Source of the DNA: the human T2T-CHM13v2.0 reference genome, Homo sapiens
Assembly: GCF_009914755.1 (NCBI RefSeq)
Contig: NC_060928.1
Length of the DNA: 64,000 nt
Reading direction: 5' to 3' (one strand)
This document shows positions 13,643 through 29,201 of the stretch, piece by piece. The stretch's first letter is position 1; the number at the start of each line of letters is the position of its first letter. The notes below the pieces were generated by a model. The model saw only the letters and a program-made list of their open reading frames with translations, was not told the origin of the DNA and did no database searches. The translations under genes and the position numbers were made by a program.

Positions 13643-14043
13643 TGCTATGATTTGAATATTTGCCTTCCAAAATTCAGGTGTTGCCAATGTAATGGCCCTA
13701 AGAGAAGGGGCCTTTAAGAGGTAACTACATCATGAAGTCTCCTATCCTAATGAATAGATTGGATGCCCTTATAAAAAGGCTTGATGGAGAAATTTTAGAG
13801 GGAGTTGTTCCCTTCTTGCCCTTCTTCCTTCCACCATTTGAGGACAAAGTATTCTTCCTCTCCAGAGGATGCAGCAATAAGAGGCTATTTTGGAAGCTGA
13901 AAGCAGCCTTCATCATACCACCAACCTGCTAACATTGTGTTCTTGGATTTTCCAGCATCCAGAACTGTGAGAAATAAATGTCTGCTCTTTATAAATTACC
14001 CAGTCTCAGGGGTTCTGTTATAGCAGCCACATGGACTAAAACA
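13643..14043 (+). mobile_element. MSTC-like solo LTR (ERVL-MaLR)
   Basis: 'tgctatgatttgaat...ccagaactgtgagaaataaatg...ataaattacccagtctcagg...ggactaaaaca', with TG...CA ends. Confidence 0.85.
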
Positions 14044-14757
14044 ATCTACATGCAAAACGAGTTACAGAAATCTAGCTGAGCTATCATCCACAACTGTATG
14101 TATGTATGTAACAAACAGTCTAGTTATCACATTTAAAGACTTTATAATAAGTACATGCTATTTTGTTAATTTTAATCTGATTAAATATTGGGTTTCTCTT
14201 TAAGACTTGGGCTACACAATGGAATCTAGATATAGAAAGATTTGAAAGCTACTGGTTTAGAACACACTGTGTTTGAAAGTTTGGAGAAACATAGATGAAA
14301 ATAACAGAACATTGGGAATGCAGGATTAAAAATTCTGTTGATGATTTTAAGGCTGGTGATTGATTTGAAACTAACCCAGGTAATTAAAACTATGAGAAGG
14401 AATGAGTGTATTAGATGCATCCAAGGTATGAAGGGTGAGAAAGAGAAGAATCTAGGGCTAAAATAGAAGGGAAATCAGAGGCTTAATCAGGGTTTAAGGA
14501 CCTTAGATTATTGGTCTTACTCTGAGAAACCAGCTAAAAAAATGTCGATCTCCACTGAAGTAATCTCTTAGCTTTATGTCGGTTGACTCTAAGACAAATG
14601 TCTGGACAATAAAAACTAAACTCCAGAGAGTTTAAGAAGTTGTTAAAGAGGACTTTAAAATGTCTGGTGAAAGGAAAAGCCTGCCTAAAAGAAAGTAAAT
14701 GGCTAAATTGATTCTGTGATAAAGTGATAGTCCAAGAGAAAGTGTAGCTAATATATC

Positions 14758-15050
14758 TTTTTTTTTTTTTGAGATGGAGTCTCGCTCTGTCGCCCAGGCT
14801 GGAGTGCAGTGGCAAGATCTCGGCTCACTGCAGCCTCTGCATCCTGGGTTCAGGCGATTCTCCTGCCTCAGCCTTCTGAGTAGCTGGGACTACAGGCGCC
14901 CGCCACCGTGCCCGGCTAATTTTTGTATTTTTAGTGGAGACAGGGTTTCACCATTTTGGCCAGGATGGTCTTGATCTCCTGACCTCGTGATCCACCTGCC
15001 TTGGTCTCCCAAAGTGCTGGGATTACAGGAGTGAGCCACTGCGCCTGGCC
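14758..15050 (-). mobile_element. Alu (AluSc-like), full length
   Basis: A poly-T tract, then the reverse-complement Alu dimer ending 'gcgcctggcc'. The stretch 'ggccaggatggtcttgatctcctgacctcgtgatcc' is Sc/Y-type. Confidence 0.95.
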
Positions 15051-15060
15051 ACAACATCTT

Positions 15061-15062
<2 letters not shown>

Positions 15063-15095
<33 letters not shown>

Positions 15096-15367
15096 TTATA
15101 CTTTAAGTTTTAGGGTACATGCGCACGACGTGCAGGTTAGTTACATATGTATACATGTGCCATGTTGGTGGGCTGCACTCATTAACTCGTCATTTAACAT
15201 TAGATATATCTCCTAATGCTATCCCTCCCCCCACCCCACAACAGTCCCCGGTGTGTGATGTTCCCCTTCCTGTGTCCACGTGTTCTCATTGTTCAATTCC
15301 CACCTATGAGTGAGAACATGCAGTGTTTGGTTTTTTGTCCTTGCGATAGTTTGCTGAGAATGATGTT
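15063..15367 (-). mobile_element. 5'-truncated L1PA (PA3-5-like) 3' end
   Basis: (TTTA)n tail, then 'tatactttaagttttagggtacatg...gagtgagaacatgcagtgtttgg'. Flanked by a 13-bp TSD cacaacatctttt (15050-15062 / 15368-15380). Confidence 0.93.
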
Positions 15368-18184
15368 CACAACATCTTTTCTAACTGACGAGAATAACAG
15401 GGAAGGAAAGGGAGAGAGGAGAGCAAAGGAAGAGTGTAAGGGAAATGGAGAGGAATAAGGAGAGAAAGACTTCATTTAATATCTGAGGTTAAAATAAATC
15501 CTCATCATGTATTTCAAGTATGTGCAGTGTCAAATCTGGAGATAGATGGAAAAAGAATAATAAAATGGCATTCTACTATGTAACAAGTTAAAAACAATAA
15601 AATTGAGAGATGGAAAACCAGCATATAAGACTGGATAAAACCAAAGAGAGAATAAATGCAAAAGAAGTCAAAGGATAATTGAGCACATAAGAAATGTATA
15701 AGAACTGGAGTTCCATCAAATTTCTCTGGAGAATGAGGAAATGCAAAACTAAACTAGGAGAGAAAAAGAGTGGTTTCACAACAAGGCATGTAGGAAAGGA
15801 GGGAGGATTTCAATGAAGCGAGTCTGCTTCCATTTTCCATGCTCTGGAAATACTTTTATTTCTTAGACTCCATTAAGGATCCCAGACAGCTCTTGTCAGA
15901 GTTTATATTTTTTCACTCTCAATTTTTCTTTCTTATTGGAGGAAGTATTTTATCTTCTGCCTTAATAAACTGTGTAGAAAATTTGCTGTTGAATTCTAGC
16001 CTCTTTTCTAAAAGTCTAAGAAGTGATTCAACTGGGCTTTGGGCAAAGTAAACGCTTGTCTTTCTGTTTACTTGACTTTCAAAACTTGTTGCTTTTCTCC
16101 GTATTGCATAAAGAGTAAGCTTGTGCAGTATATTTATGTATATATAATCTATTTAAACATGCATACATATTTATATACAAAGAGAGAAAGACTGCGAGTG
16201 CAATTTCATGTAGTGTGTCTCTGTGTGTTTATGTATGTATAATATACAATTTAGGAGGCTCTAGTGATGATAAGAATAGATTCAGTAAAGCTTAATGTGA
16301 CACTTTCTAGGGATGTCACATTTCACAGTAGCATAATTATACCATAAACTGCTTCCAATTAAGCCTTGTCTAAACCAAGTTTTGCCTTTGAGACTTTCTA
16401 ATCTAGAAAATAAATGCAAAGCACTCTTGGGCCATAATCACATTAAATTATCTCAACTTTCCCGTAAGGAATGTACACAAAAATAATCTTCTCTTGAAGC
16501 TGGAAAAATTGAGTCAGAATGATGAATAGTTCTTTCAAGAATCTATTGTAAATCTAAAAGCATGCATAAAAATTCATGGAAGTTCCTGCTCTCTGTCTCT
16601 GTTTTCTTAACAACAAAGTCTACTTGAACCCACCTGCAGGTTCAAGGCAGCCCCAAATGCTAGAACCATTTCTGGCTGTGATCTAGTGCTGTGATCTGGA
16701 GGACTAAACACAGTTGGAGCAAATCTGGTCTTTACACTGTGTGTTAGTTCTGATAACATTTTCAGGACTGAACCTCTGTTCTGGAAACCTGCTTTGCCAT
16801 TGTCAGGCCCCTTTGAAGTCCAGTCCCAATTTCCAGGTGTCCTGCTTCTCACAGCCAGACCTCCTGTCAGCGGGTTCCACATCAGCCCATGGGGCTCTGC
16901 TCTTCCCACTTGGGAAGGCACGATGCCATGTCCTCATGGCCCCTGGTGAGTACCTGCCTAGCCTCTGGTCTTCTTTCTATCACCAAGCCCACTACAACAA
17001 CAGTGTCAGAGCTTCAGGCCCAGTTCCCAGGCCCTGCCATCCATCCATTTGTGCTATAGGTTTCTCCCGTCTCCTAGCCAGCTCTGCATCTATCAGACTC
17101 CTTCAATTAATCCAGTATCTCGTGATGTTCGTGGAAATTATAACAGAAACATAACAGCATTCATTTTGTGATTATACATTCAATTTACAGATTTATAATT
17201 TGGGAAAATGTGAATAAAGGCCAGCCTGAAGGTTGATATAAATTAATTAAGGACAACGATCTGCTAAACAAAATAATAAGGCATCAGGTAGAATATTTAC
17301 ATTTTGTGAGAGAATAAATTTTCCAAACACAATTCCACCTATTTACATAAAATGCTAATGGGAATCTCATATACTCAGCAAAGCACTTCCTTTAAGGAAT
17401 ACATTTCAGATAAATTCCGCTGACTTTGTAAGTTAATAAGATTGCATGTCATTAAAAATTTTTCATTGATTGCCTTCAAATAGGCTGCTATTTCTCTTTA
17501 CTTAGTTAAAATTGACCAGAGATTATTACAATAGTTTAAGTTGTTTAGATTTTCTATTATAGGTACTTCTGTGAACTGACAAATATAAATGCTAGCAGAA
17601 GTACTTATAATAGAAAATCTATAGGAATCAAAGCCTCAATTTGATATAACTGGCAAAAATAATTTTTTGTCTATGTTCCATTGAAAACTTGTACTATCTG
17701 AGCAGTGTTAAAACATGATCAACTTAATCATGTGAGGGTGAGAATATGGCCAATGTAAAATTCAGTTCTCTTTTCTTTATAGTCATTCTTGGTGTTATTT
17801 CCCTGCAATTGAGTTTTCCCATTAAGAGTGAACATAAGGATCTCAGAGAGCTGGAAAGTGTGTGAATGGAGAAATATTTGAAGCCTGGATCTCCTTCAGA
17901 GCTCATGGTGACTCCCTGTGAAATGTCACAGAGAAGGACACTTTAGTGTCCTGGGGACCTGTGAAGGGTAGTAAGTAATTAGTTAGTAATAAGAAGAAAT
18001 GGGGAAGGGAAGGAACTAACATGTTTTGAACTCATACTGTGTGCCAGGTACTTTACAGATATAACTTGTTTATTGGGTTGGCTACACTTAGTGTTAGATA
18101 ATGAGCAAATAGTTTTATTTCTGTTCTCACCAGTGCCCTTCAAACTAATGCTGTTGTTTTTCTCATCTCTGAAAGGTAATCTTG

Positions 18185-18252
18185 CATAAGATTCACACAG
18201 TGTTATTCACACAGATCTCATAAGATTCACACTGTGTTATTCACACAGATCT
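18185..18252. repeat. 34-bp tandem duplication (2 copies, 1 mismatch)
   Basis: cataagattcacac(a/t)gtgttattcacacagatct occurs twice in tandem. Confidence 0.95.
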
Positions 18253-19221
18253 CATGTTCAGGTATTACAAATCTGATGGATATTGAAGTTTCATCTGATT
18301 TAAATTACAATTTAAACTATGGGAATAATCTCTGGTCAATATTAACTAAGTGAAGAGGAATAGCAGCCTATTTGAAGGCAGTCAATAAAAAAAAATTTTA
18401 AGACATACAATCTTTCATTTATCATCTGATTTAAATCTTCTCTCCCACCCCTGCACCCACCACCAGCTTAGCACGCTAGGGTAGGATAAGGGGGAAAGCG
18501 TCTGCTTTTAAAGAATTCTCCCAGGTTCTTCATCCTCAATTTTTATCATCCATGTGAGGAAGAGAGGAAAGTAGAAAGGGACAAGAATGTCTTTTATTTA
18601 GCTAGAGATATTTGCAGGTTTTTAAAAAGATATCAAATGCATTTTCATGCTCGAGACTGAGCCATTCTCTCATCAGACAATGATGTAGATCCCTTGGCAA
18701 ACCGCCGAGGGTCTTCCAAAGCTGCACTAGTTGCCGATTTGGGAGCTGCTCTTTCTTTAGCCCCTGCTCTAGTGGTGCAGCCTACCTAGACTTTCACTGC
18801 ATGGCTTTCTTCACTCTAGAGGACAGTCTTTTGGGGCAGAGTACTTTAAATAGAATGCAAACCTAGCTACCTTCCATTAATGTCCATTTTGGCCTATATC
18901 CTTGCATATCCTTTGCATGTCCTTATCCCATCAATATTCTGGGAGCTGGGTGGAGAAGACCCACATGATCTGCATCTAACAAGCATCCAGCCAGGGGTCA
19001 TGGCAAACTCACCACTTGGAGACTACTGTCTTGGAAATGGTATATTCTGCCTCAATCATTCTATAAAATGTTCTGTATTAGCAGGATTTCTTCTTAGAAA
19101 TTTTATCAATAAGAGGAAAATGTCTCACATTGAATTATTTTGGGTCATGTTCTACTTTTCTTTCAAATAATTTAATAGCAAACAGGAAGCTGTCTATCAT
19201 AAAGTTCAGATCATAGGTGAA

Positions 19222-19778
<557 letters not shown>

Positions 19779-19832
19779 GTAGGCAACATGTTCTTCTCGA
19801 GGAAGGGTAATTGGAATCCGGTATCATGGGGA

Positions 19833-20070
19833 TAATAATAATAATAACAACAGCCAGCATGTAGTGGGAATTTACTGCATGCAAAGCACTCTTCTAAGCA
19901 CTTTAAGTCATTTGATTCTATAAGCATCCCTGTGAGTTAGGTGACCTTATTATCCTCATTGTACAAAGGATAAATTAAGGTAATGATCATTCCATTAATT
20001 GCCCAAGTGGTGTTCCTGGGTTTCAAAACCATGTATTTGCAATCCAGAGTCCAAGCTCTTCTCTCTATCT
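19833..20070 (-). mobile_element. MIR SINE
   Basis: 'ttctaagcacttta...catccctgtgagttaggtgaccttattatcctcattgtacaaagga...ttgcccaag...tccagagtccaagctctt'. Confidence 0.75.
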
Positions 20071-21009
20071 TATACTGATTTTCCATGAGCATGAACATAA
20101 ATAAATAAACTAATTAATTTTATAACTTTTTATTTGGCTTTTTCTCTGATCCAAGGTTGAATTATTAGAGCAGCACTAATACCACTAAAGAATTAACAAT
20201 GAAAAGGTGATTTATTGATAAGATTTTATTTTGTCTGTTAAAAAATCTAATACATATAAATATTACAGATCACATCAATAGGTATTTAAGAGTTTTTTAA
20301 TTAAGAGGTAATATTTAAAAATAAAAACTCTAGCTTGCTAGAAAGGATCAGAATATGGATTGAAGGTTTGTAAAGATTTATGTGTTTGGACATGTTGGAG
20401 GCAACCTTGTAATTCCCAAACAAAAATAAATACCTCTGATAATTCCTGGAAAAAGGAATAAGTACTGAGGTGTTTTTACAGCTATTCAGAGCTGTTAAAG
20501 CCCTGCATGCATGTGGCACAGGTTTGAAGAATATGAAGAAGTGTGATTGGGTGGTAGGAAGAAAGGAGTGGGAGTCAAGGTGCCTTAGAGGTGTGACTAC
20601 TGCTGATTCATAACCTTTACATAAAACCTCTGGGATTTTATTTCAGTTCTCTGCATGGCATAAAATGAGGCCCTTCATTACTAGTGAGTGAATTGTTATA
20701 AGCAAAAGTGAAGGGTAAATCTGTGCTTCTCACACTAAGGAATCTCAGTGTATGGAAAGTTCTAAGAGGGCAGGAAGGGCCTCTGCTGTAGGCCTTGATA
20801 CATCCCCAGAAACCAGCAAAAATCCAGCAGTGAGCATGATTTCAACACATATACATTGAATGAATGAATGAATGAATTACATGAATGCTCTCTTATAAGA
20901 GTATTGACAGAAGAACTATGTTGCTGATCTAGCTTGGACATAAGAATCTGAGTTTAACTAAACAATGACTCGACCAATTTGCACTTGGTATAATCCCTGA
21001 GAATGGATC

Positions 21010-21397
21010 AGTCAGGCTGCTTTAAAGCAGAGCCTAAAAAGGGGAATCGAATCGTGTACAAGTAATTTATTAAGTGGGAACTCTTAGGAGATGGAGAGAG
21101 ATCATAGCAAGGGGAAGGAAGACCAGCCAGGATGCAATTTCAGGTGAAGTCTAGTCTTAACCTGCTCCTCTTTGAAGGATTCACCTGTAAATTGCACCTC
21201 ACTTTGTGTTGCCTTAAGACAAGGGAACTGGGCTTTCCCAACCTTGGTATTAATTGTCTGCTTGAGAATTATAAACCCAGAGGCAGAGGCAACAGCACCC
21301 CTGGTGAGTTCCTCTGGAAAAGCTATCAGGTCTGAGTCCTGCGGGAACACAGAAGGCAGCTGTGGGTCTGGATAGGGCACCAACAACATCTTCTATT
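21010..21397 (-). mobile_element. ERVL LTR16-like solo LTR
   Basis: 'aagcagagcct...tgtacaagtaatttattaag' near one end and 'gggtctggatagggcaccaacaacatcttcta' at the other. Confidence 0.65.
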
Positions 21398-24137
21398 TCT
21401 TCACTTTGAAATTCCCAAACCATTTCCTTTGGGTTGTTTGAAATCAAATAAAAGGTTTTGGAAAACTTGGGGAAACAGAAGAAGTGCTGATAAAAATGCC
21501 ATGAAGTTTCTAGTTCAGAAGATAGCGATCCTTAAGGCTGTGTGGGTTAAACAGTTGCTTTCTAACCCTCCCTCACTCCTCCACTGAAGTCATCACAGTC
21601 TGACTCTTTTTAGTCCAATATTGAAAACTGTTTTGGAGACAAATAATGAGACAGTGAGGGTGAGGGTGGGAGTAACTACTACGCTATCACAAGCTATTTG
21701 AAGCTTTGGGTGAACATAATGTCCCCAAATATATGTGTTCCTGTGTATTTTAGCCAGAAAACCAGTGCTTCTAGAGAGCCGGGTTGTATCATCTATATCT
21801 ATATCTATCTATCTGTATCATTTTTTTTTTGCAGAGACACAGACTGTTCTATTTGACTTGCAGTATTTATACAGGTATAATATTTATGTTAGAATTGTTT
21901 GCCGTAGCTTACATTTTTCCCTGGCTAGCTAAAAGGAATTCAACAGCTGTGGGATTGTTCATGACAATACTAGATCATAAATTTAACTGATTTTGTGAAA
22001 CTTTCTGATCAGAAGATATAAGAAGTACCTTAAAGGGGTACAGATCCTACTGGCAATACACATAGTGTTTCCTCAAGAGTGATCCAATTGTTGTTCCTTT
22101 AAAGGAGGTAGGTCACCATTATTACTGTTGTTATTATTGCCTGGAGGATCTCTGAATAGAATAGACTGATGATTTTAGCAATGCAGCTCCAATATTAGTT
22201 TTCATTTCTGGTATGCTAGGTTTTGTGATGGCCTGAGAAGCATTTTGTTGCTATGGAGTCAGGGTCCTTTTTTTTTATTTTACAAAGATGAAGTTTGGAA
22301 TTCATAATGTGATAGGAATACAAGGATCAGAACAATCTTATAAGATAATATCTTCCTTTTGATGTGTTGAAAGGAATGGCTATTACATTATTTTTTTGGT
22401 CAGCAGAGTCAGTTGCAGGATGACAGATCCAGTTGTGAATTAAATTCAGAATAGCATCTAAAAGAAAAATGAGCAAGAGTTTGTTTTTCCTTATGTGACA
22501 GAAGATCTTAGGGGATAAAAGGTAGCAGAATGGTGATAATGAAGTATATGTTGAAAAACATGTATTTAGTTAGTAGAGGGTATCAAAGTATAATAATACA
22601 TAAGATTAGAAGTGAACAAAGAAAAATAATACTGGGAATCAAAAAATTAATCTTGCTCTGTTGTCTTCAATGGATGCAGTTTATGTTTGCAGTGATCAGC
22701 TCTATCAGAGAGTCTTGGGAGGACACAGTTCACCCTCTGCAGAAGCCTATTTCTGAATGATGCCTGGGAATCTTCAGTTTATGTACAACTAATGAAATGG
22801 ACATCCAGTGGTCTAGAGAAAATGGTATAATTCTTGTTAATTGAGAATCACGAATCTAACGATCAATATCTTGGCGTTTTACTGCCATGCTAATTGTTAA
22901 CAGCACATTATAATGTTCTGTCCATCATGCTTCAAGGACAGAGATCTCCAATGCTTTGGCCAGAGGATCAACTTTTCAGGCTTCAGATCATGCCAGGAAT
23001 GCTTGGGTGGTTGTTCTAAAAATGGAGCTTGAAGCAGTTAGTGATAAAGCTGGAGGTAACAGATAAACCCCGTGTAGTATTTACTCACATCACTTTGTAA
23101 AAGGTAGACTCTGAGGTTGGAAATGAAATTCCCAAACACATAGATGGCTTGTTATTAAGTGACAAGGAGATAGCCCTTGGATCCTAGAGGGAGTTGGTCT
23201 CGTTGCTATCAAGTCTGAATGGTAATACTTTAGTCTTTGAAGTTTCAAGAATTTCTTAGAGCTTTGCTTATAATTCCATTGGTTCTCTCCACATTTCCTG
23301 ATCATTTTGGATAAAAAGGACAGTAGAGTTTCAGAATAAAAGGTTAACTTTCAGCGATAACTAATCACAATACCAGTGAAATATGTGCTGTCGCTGGAGA
23401 GATAACTGAAGCCCATCATCACCACTCCACCTCAAACTGAGAAAAGAAAATTGAACAATAATAATTATATTATAATTAATTTATTACACATATGATATAT
23501 ATCATATAAATATATAGAACTATATTATAACATATAATGTAATACACATTACACATTATTTTAATTAGTTATGGTAATATATTATATTGTTATTATTATT
23601 ATTGCTACCTTTGGGACTATAGCTCTTTGGCCAGGAAAACTTCAATTCACCCTAAGAATAAGTAAACAATAGCCAGAACATAGTCATAGCCATTGGGGCT
23701 ATACGAATGCTTGGGGCATTTGTATAAAATCTATTTGGAGGTGTTCAAAGGGGCTACCATTCCTTTTTGTGTCCTTCCTTTAGTCCTGCCAGGATCATGA
23801 ACACTAGATGCATTGATTGTTCTAGGATAGGGCCTGGGAGTCACTTCAAGTTTTTAAACTCCACAGGTGAGTCCTGCATGAAGCCAGCACTGAAGGCCAA
23901 GATCTAGAAGCAGGCCCGGTACTGCTGCTTTGATACTGGAGTCCAGGTAGCACTGGGGAAATAGAGAGTCTGAGGAGCTCGTCCTCCTCTAGCAGCTGAA
24001 GCCTCTGCCAGAGCTGGTGCACAAGCTCATTGCTGCCTGTCATCCAAGATATTTAGGAAATTATAATCAATAAGTAAAATTTTTATGGAATGGAATTTTG
24101 ACTAGGTAAATGTGTGTTTTAGAAAAGAAAAGATTGA

Positions 24138-24464
<327 letters not shown>

Positions 24465-25294
24465 TATACTGCAATGGTTAGTAGTAGTGATAAAGTTACC
24501 TCTTGATATTGGGATTGTAAGTACATTTTTCTGCTTCTTTGTATGTTTCTATTTTTAAATAATAAAAATCATTTTTTCTCTAATCAGAAAAATGAATGTA
24601 ATAAGTACCACTTGTGAGTATAAGCCTATATATTTATCAACTCACTGCTCTTCACTATGATTATTTCAAGATAATTTTTTTATTCTGTATTTTCCTATCA
24701 ATAATCTTATTTTTCTTTTGCCTAATTCCAAAAGACTGCTTCTTCACAAAATAAGTTTGTTACTCTTGCTGCTCACGAAGACATTTTCTCTATGGAGACC
24801 CATGCATGTTACCTGAAGGTTATGAAGGCAACGCTGTTTTTCTTGGAGGTGACCTATTCTCCACAGGAATGGTACTCTAAAGCTATATTAGATTTTGTTT
24901 CTTCAAACAGAATATTAATTAGTCTCTTTGAAAATCAAACTCTCTGAAAATAAATTAAAATGCCCAGTTAGTGCCCTGAACTAAGATCAATCTAGGTAAA
25001 TTTCAGATTTTTCTTGACAATAGATAAAAGTATATAACATGGTGCACACACACACTCACATACATATAAGATGACACTGAAACTGAAAGCTGGCAGCACT
25101 GCCACAGGGATTTTGTGGATACTCGCTTTTTTTTGGCCACAATCCAAGGGGTTAGAAAGTTCCTTTGCAAGGGCTGCTACTTGAAATTATAGTCCATGTC
25201 ATTAATGCACTTCATTTTCCAGTCCCTCCAATCCCTGCTTTTACATGACCCTATGTCTTTGTATACATTACCATCTCCAGCTAGAGAGAGAGGG

Positions 25295-25490
25295 TAACTG
25301 GCGTAAGTGTGCACTTCGGGGTTATACAGATGTGGGTTCAAATCTATTCTTTTACAACTTGTTCCTTATGTGGCCCTAAGAAAGTATTTTATGCTCCCTG
25401 AGCTTCCATCTTTCCATCCTTAACATGTAGATAAGAACAGTGACTATCTCACAGAATCCTGAGACAATACTTGTGAAGGACTTGGTAACT
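25295..25490 (+). mobile_element. MIR SINE
   Basis: 'cagatgtgggttcaaatct...tgtggccctaagaaagtatttta...ctgagcttcc...gataagaacagtgactatctcacaga'. Confidence 0.65.
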
Positions 25491-25825
25491 GTTGAAAAAC
25501 CGTTTGGTCTTTCTCTTCCTCACCCTTCTCTAACTCTTGTCTTTTCATAAAAACACTCTTGAGATAATAAAAAGTAAGAGCATTGGCTGAAGCCCTCCTA
25601 GTGGCAGAGGTGGTATGGAAGAGCAGAACCCATTCTCAGCCAATGGTAATGGATAGGTCAGGGGACAGCCAGAAGTGCAGGGGCTTTCACATTTCACTTG
25701 CCTGTTTTCTTTACTTCACAAATGGGAACATTCACAGACTGGATCAGTTTTTTGCCTGGGGCTAAGGTCAAATATAAAGACAATCCCAGTTTGGTCAATT
25801 AATCCACCAAACTTCAGTGGGTATC

Positions 25826-26624
<799 letters not shown>

Positions 26625-29201
26625 TAATTCTGAAGAAAACTTACAAGAAAAGACATTTTAGATAAGCAAGAGCCAGGATCTTTTTAATGTTTGCTGCATC
26701 TACACACTGATATTAATAAAAACTAGAAACATCTCAACCTGAGGATGATAAAAGTTCATACATACGAGACCCAGGATGAAAGTTGCAAGTATGAGCTCCT
26801 TTACTCTTCAGAGCTTAGCTTTCCTTAATGTTACTCCAAATAATTAGTGACAGGTGATGGAAGTATCAACAAGAAAACCTAAATTATTTAAACTACCTGC
26901 TGAAGAACCTGAGTAGAGATACTGTGAAAACCCTGTTTCTTCATGAGAAATGGCTACATTAATCATGAAGTATATTATCATGAAGATGACTATCCAAGGG
27001 GGAAGTTACCAATATTAATATTGCAATGACAGATCCATAAGTATTCTTTTTCTAGGCCACAATATACAATATGTGCCCATGGGGGCCTTTAGCTCATCTG
27101 AAGAAAAACAATGCTAATAAAGACTGTGCTTCTCATACTGCCCTGATTATCTAAATGCCAAATGTTCAATTACAGCTATTTCAGTGAGCTAAACTTTAGG
27201 ACCTGGAAGCAGCCTCAAAATTTAATTAAATCCTCATTATTTACTCTACTAATTACCTAAATTAAATATTTTCTTTACAAATGAAGCCCCTAATTAGGGA
27301 AAAATGAATGTTAACAATTTTGTTTTGACTTAGTCATATTTTTACATGGAGATAGGTTTGTTGGTTTTAAACAGTGTGAAAACTGAGCAAAGGAAAAGTT
27401 CACTTTTTTAAAAACATAAGACTACAAAATGTGTTACATTTATAAAATGTTCTAAAGTAAGCTTGGATACATATGTGTTATTTGAATACATTTTATTTCC
27501 AATTCCATCCTTAGATGTAGCTTGTATGGAGGGTAGATGGTTTCCTTGTTTTTTAGCCTGGCTTACTTGTTGCTTCTTCATTTCATTGTTCATGATACTG
27601 GAAGGCAAAAAAGGAAAGAGACACAAATGCTAATGTTCTTCGCACCTCTGGGTCAAAATGAATACTGGGATACCTTGAAAGTACAATTAACATAAGTGTA
27701 AGTATGGAAAGATGGTGGATGAAGCAGAGTGAAGCGGGTACTGGAGCACAGTTGCCAGTGGGCCACCTGTGAATGGCCGGCACTGTGTCAGGAGTGGAGG
27801 TCTCAGAAGAACAGAATCCAGGCACAGAATGGGGAGAGAAGAAAATGGAAAAAGACCAATTAGGTTGGTGAATTGTTACAGAGTCTACAATATTATTTCC
27901 TTCTGTAACCCTCACCTTAACCCTAAATATTGGAAAATATACAAAAATCATGGAATATTTGGAAGCTGGCAAAGCAGGGGAATAAACATGAACACAGCAT
28001 GAGAAATGAAGCCACGTGTGCTACTGCCAAGAGTCATAAGGAGCTGCAGAATACTTGCGGTGGGCGTTTTGGAGTTTAGGGAGATACATCAAGACTGTAG
28101 GTCCTAATCAGAAGATCAGATGGGAAGGCTGGGGAACTCCTTGTAAAATCACAGGCTTCGCCCTGAAGAATTGCGCTGTTCTGCAGGAAGATGCCATTAT
28201 CCTGAAAAGAGTTACAACTTTTGGAGAAGTGTTAGAAAAGGGAACCAACATCTAGCAGCCACATCAAGGAAGTGAACCTTCAATATCAAAGGAAATCGAG
28301 AGTTTTCACAGCCTGGTGTTCTCCACCTGATTTGGAAGTGGAGCTTTTGGGCTTGATATTTGCAAGTAAGGTGTCTGTATAAAGCATTATTTTAAAAACT
28401 TTAGGAAAAGATTGCATTCATTTGTATTAAGTTTAGTTATGGACTTGAAATAATGTTTTTCTTGACTGTCATTCCTTTTTCAAGAAAAGTAGGACATGAG
28501 AAGACTCAGTCTCCCACCTTCTGCTAGAGAATGAACAAAATGAATCTCAAGCACCAAACTGTCCATCTTGGAGCCATAACACAGCTGCATCTTCATGACA
28601 CTGAAATGCAATTGTCTTAAACTACACTTGTGGATTGACTGGTTGTAGCAAGCACAATCACCACACTGAAACAGGTTTGACCTGACAAGAAGCATAAGGG
28701 AAGCATTCTGTTTCAGTTGGGCTGCTTAGCTGCAACAGAATTTCTGATATGCCAGATAAATCTGTCTGCCCTCCTCTCCTCTACATGACACACACTACGA
28801 AGCCCCATATAGGACTCCTTGTTAAACCCAATAAATTGTTGTAGACATCAGCTCCTTTTAGAGAGTCAGACTGACTAATCTTGCATATGGGGAATTGTGT
28901 GAATATGTTATTATACTGAAGTTAGGAAAGTCGAAGTGTCTGATCTTTCAGGAATTGGGAGAAAGCTAGTAGAAGCAGAGCAGTCATCACTTTAAATATT
29001 CAGGGTCTAACAAACAAGGATTTGATTTTTACCTTGAGCTTCTGTTAGCTTTAACTAGAGGCCTTTGTTTCTAGAGAAGAATCAGAAAGTTGACAGATCC
29101 TGCTCGATTCTTCCTTTCATTTTATTGCACTCTCTGTGCAGCTGGTTACCTATAAACTTTCTGTATTTTTCTAAATAAATAAAGGCTTGCGACCTTTGAA
29201 A

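Noticed and set aside
14534-15475. Cluster of ORFs such as [13 protein letters not shown] (similar ones at 19320, 24144, 26361 and 58959)
   Set aside because: These are standard translations of antisense Alu and L1 3' UTR sequence.
23455-23605. Extremely AT-rich tract (similar ones at ~3960-4085 and 47760-47820)
   Set aside because: This is ordinary low-complexity or decayed (TA)n-type sequence with no defined structure.
23846-24043. 65-aa ORF (LWQRLQLLEEDELL) that looks coiled-coil-like
   Set aside because: It is too short, matches no family I recognise, and partly overlaps a probable MER5-like remnant.
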